Origin: Eledone cirrhosa
Lineage: Eukaryota
Assembly: GCA_964016885.1 (NCBI GenBank)
Contig: OZ024742.1
Coordinates: 252,526,001 to 252,590,000, forward strand
DNA length: 64,000 bases
Direction: 5' to 3'
Part shown: in pieces, positions 62,680-64,000 of the stretch
How the letters are laid out: each line of letters opens with the position of its first letter
Position numbering within the stretch: position 1 is the stretch's first letter
Program-made: the position numbers and the translations under genes
Notes under the pieces: model-generated
What the model saw: only the letters and a program-made list of their open reading frames with translations
Databases searched by the model: none
What the model was told of the DNA's origin: nothing

Positions 62680-63750
62680 AGTATGGTAGAATATTAAGTA
62701 TTAAATGTTAATTAAACAAGTACTTTCATGCTTTCTCAATCTTCAGGTTCATATTCTGTGGTGACAGTCAAGTTTGCAATTTTCAACTGTAATGAGATGG
62801 GTAGATTGTGTGCCTTATATACAATGAAAAGCGGCTACAGAATGCTAAATTTTGCAAACTGTATTTCGACCAATTGGTGTGTAGTTTCACTGGATTACTG
62901 AAGCTGATTGGTTTAGGCGTCATGGTTGGTTGAGCATGTCTAACGACTTCTATTTGGCTCTATCCAAAGCATCAATTGTTTTGCTATTTTTTAAAATGTT
63001 GTAAATAGCATTTTATAGGGTTTTTATACCCCTAAGAATTATTATTGTTCATTTAGCTTGGGTTGGAATTTATCAATAAAATTCTTTTCTTTGATTTTTC
63101 TCTTGATTTCACTTGGCCTGTGTAATTTGTAGAATGGAAATATTATAAATATTTTCTGACCACATGTTGCTAGATGGTTACTCAGGGGTATCTGACGGAC
63201 ATTTGGGTCTCTGATTTGCTGTCGGTGCACCCGTGCACGTTCCGATAGTGCATTTCCAGTTTGACCGACATATAGTTATTCACAATCGGGCATTTAATGC
63301 AGTAAATTAGATTTCTGCTTTTGCAGTTCATATTTGCATTTGGGAATATTTTTCAAAATTCCAACCCAAGCTAAATGAACAATAATAATTCTTACGGGTA
63401 TAAAAACCCTATAAAATGCTATTTTCATCATTTCTAAAAATAGCAAAACAATTGATGCTATGAATAGGGCCAAATAGAAGTCGTTAGACATTCCCAACCT
63501 ACCGTGATGCCTAAACAAACCAGCTTCAGTAATCCAGTGAAACTACACACCAATTGGTCGAAATACAGTTTTCAAAATGTAGCATTCTGTAGCCGCTTTT
63601 CATTGTATATAAGGCACAACATTTACCCATCTCATTACAGTTTAAAATTGTAAACTTGACTGTCACCACAGAATATGAACCTGAAGATTGCGAAAGCATG
63701 AAATTACTTGTTCAATAAATATCTAACACTTAATATTCTACCATACTATT
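62680..63750 (-). mobile_element. Duplicate of the inverted Penelope-like element at 21015-22075, with hammerhead motifs at ~62713-62751 (-) and ~63676-63714 (+)
   Basis: Colinear sequence and the same flanks; GIY-YIG tail ORF 63042-63230. Confidence 0.88.
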
Positions 63751-63873
63751 TCATTCTAATACCATTCTAATTTTAAAGGATTGTAAATAAAACGAGTAAA
63801 TCAGACAAAGTTGGAATTCCTTTTATTAATATAATCTTCTATACACAATCAAACACACCCGTGTATATTTATT

Positions 63874-63942
<69 letters not shown>

Positions 63943-64000
63943 CTTTTAAGCTATTTTGTAGTATCTCTGTTCAGGAACACACCACTTATATTAAATTTAT

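Larger units (their letters stand above)
57970..64000 (+). repeat. Second copy of a tandem segmental duplication (first copy ~15770-22250 and beyond)
   Basis: Colinear blocks 15770/57970, 16968/58630, 17360/62472, 20945/62605, 22190/63940. Confidence 0.85.

Overview
Eukaryotic, AT-rich, repeat-dense animal DNA; the single-exon C2H2 array, RTE/CORE-SINE content and microsatellite load suggest a coleoid cephalopod such as Octopus (inference). The only clear host gene is a 12-finger C2H2 zinc-finger ORF (9962-11071, minus). The rest includes several RTE-clade LINE copies (one family has a PHD-type finger inside the RT), short internally deleted RTE derivatives, SINEs, CR1-, R4/Dong-, CRE- and Tx1-like relics, a CsRn1-clade Ty3/gypsy provirus, Penelope-like elements with hammerhead ribozyme motifs, a Helitron-like element and mariner relics. 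Two larger structures stand out. First, a ~17 kb region (22.6-39.8 kb) is built from one foldback module that appears as a 1.1 kb palindrome, as a 4.2 kb drifting hexamer expansion and as an 11-unit ~0.9 kb satellite with a ~2.82 kb higher-order repeat. Second, a tandem segmental duplication (from ~15.8 kb and again from ~58 kb, running off the window) has copies that took different RTE insertions, and a GGCACTACAAC terminal-repeat element lies upstream of each. All calls are by eye and boundaries are approximate.
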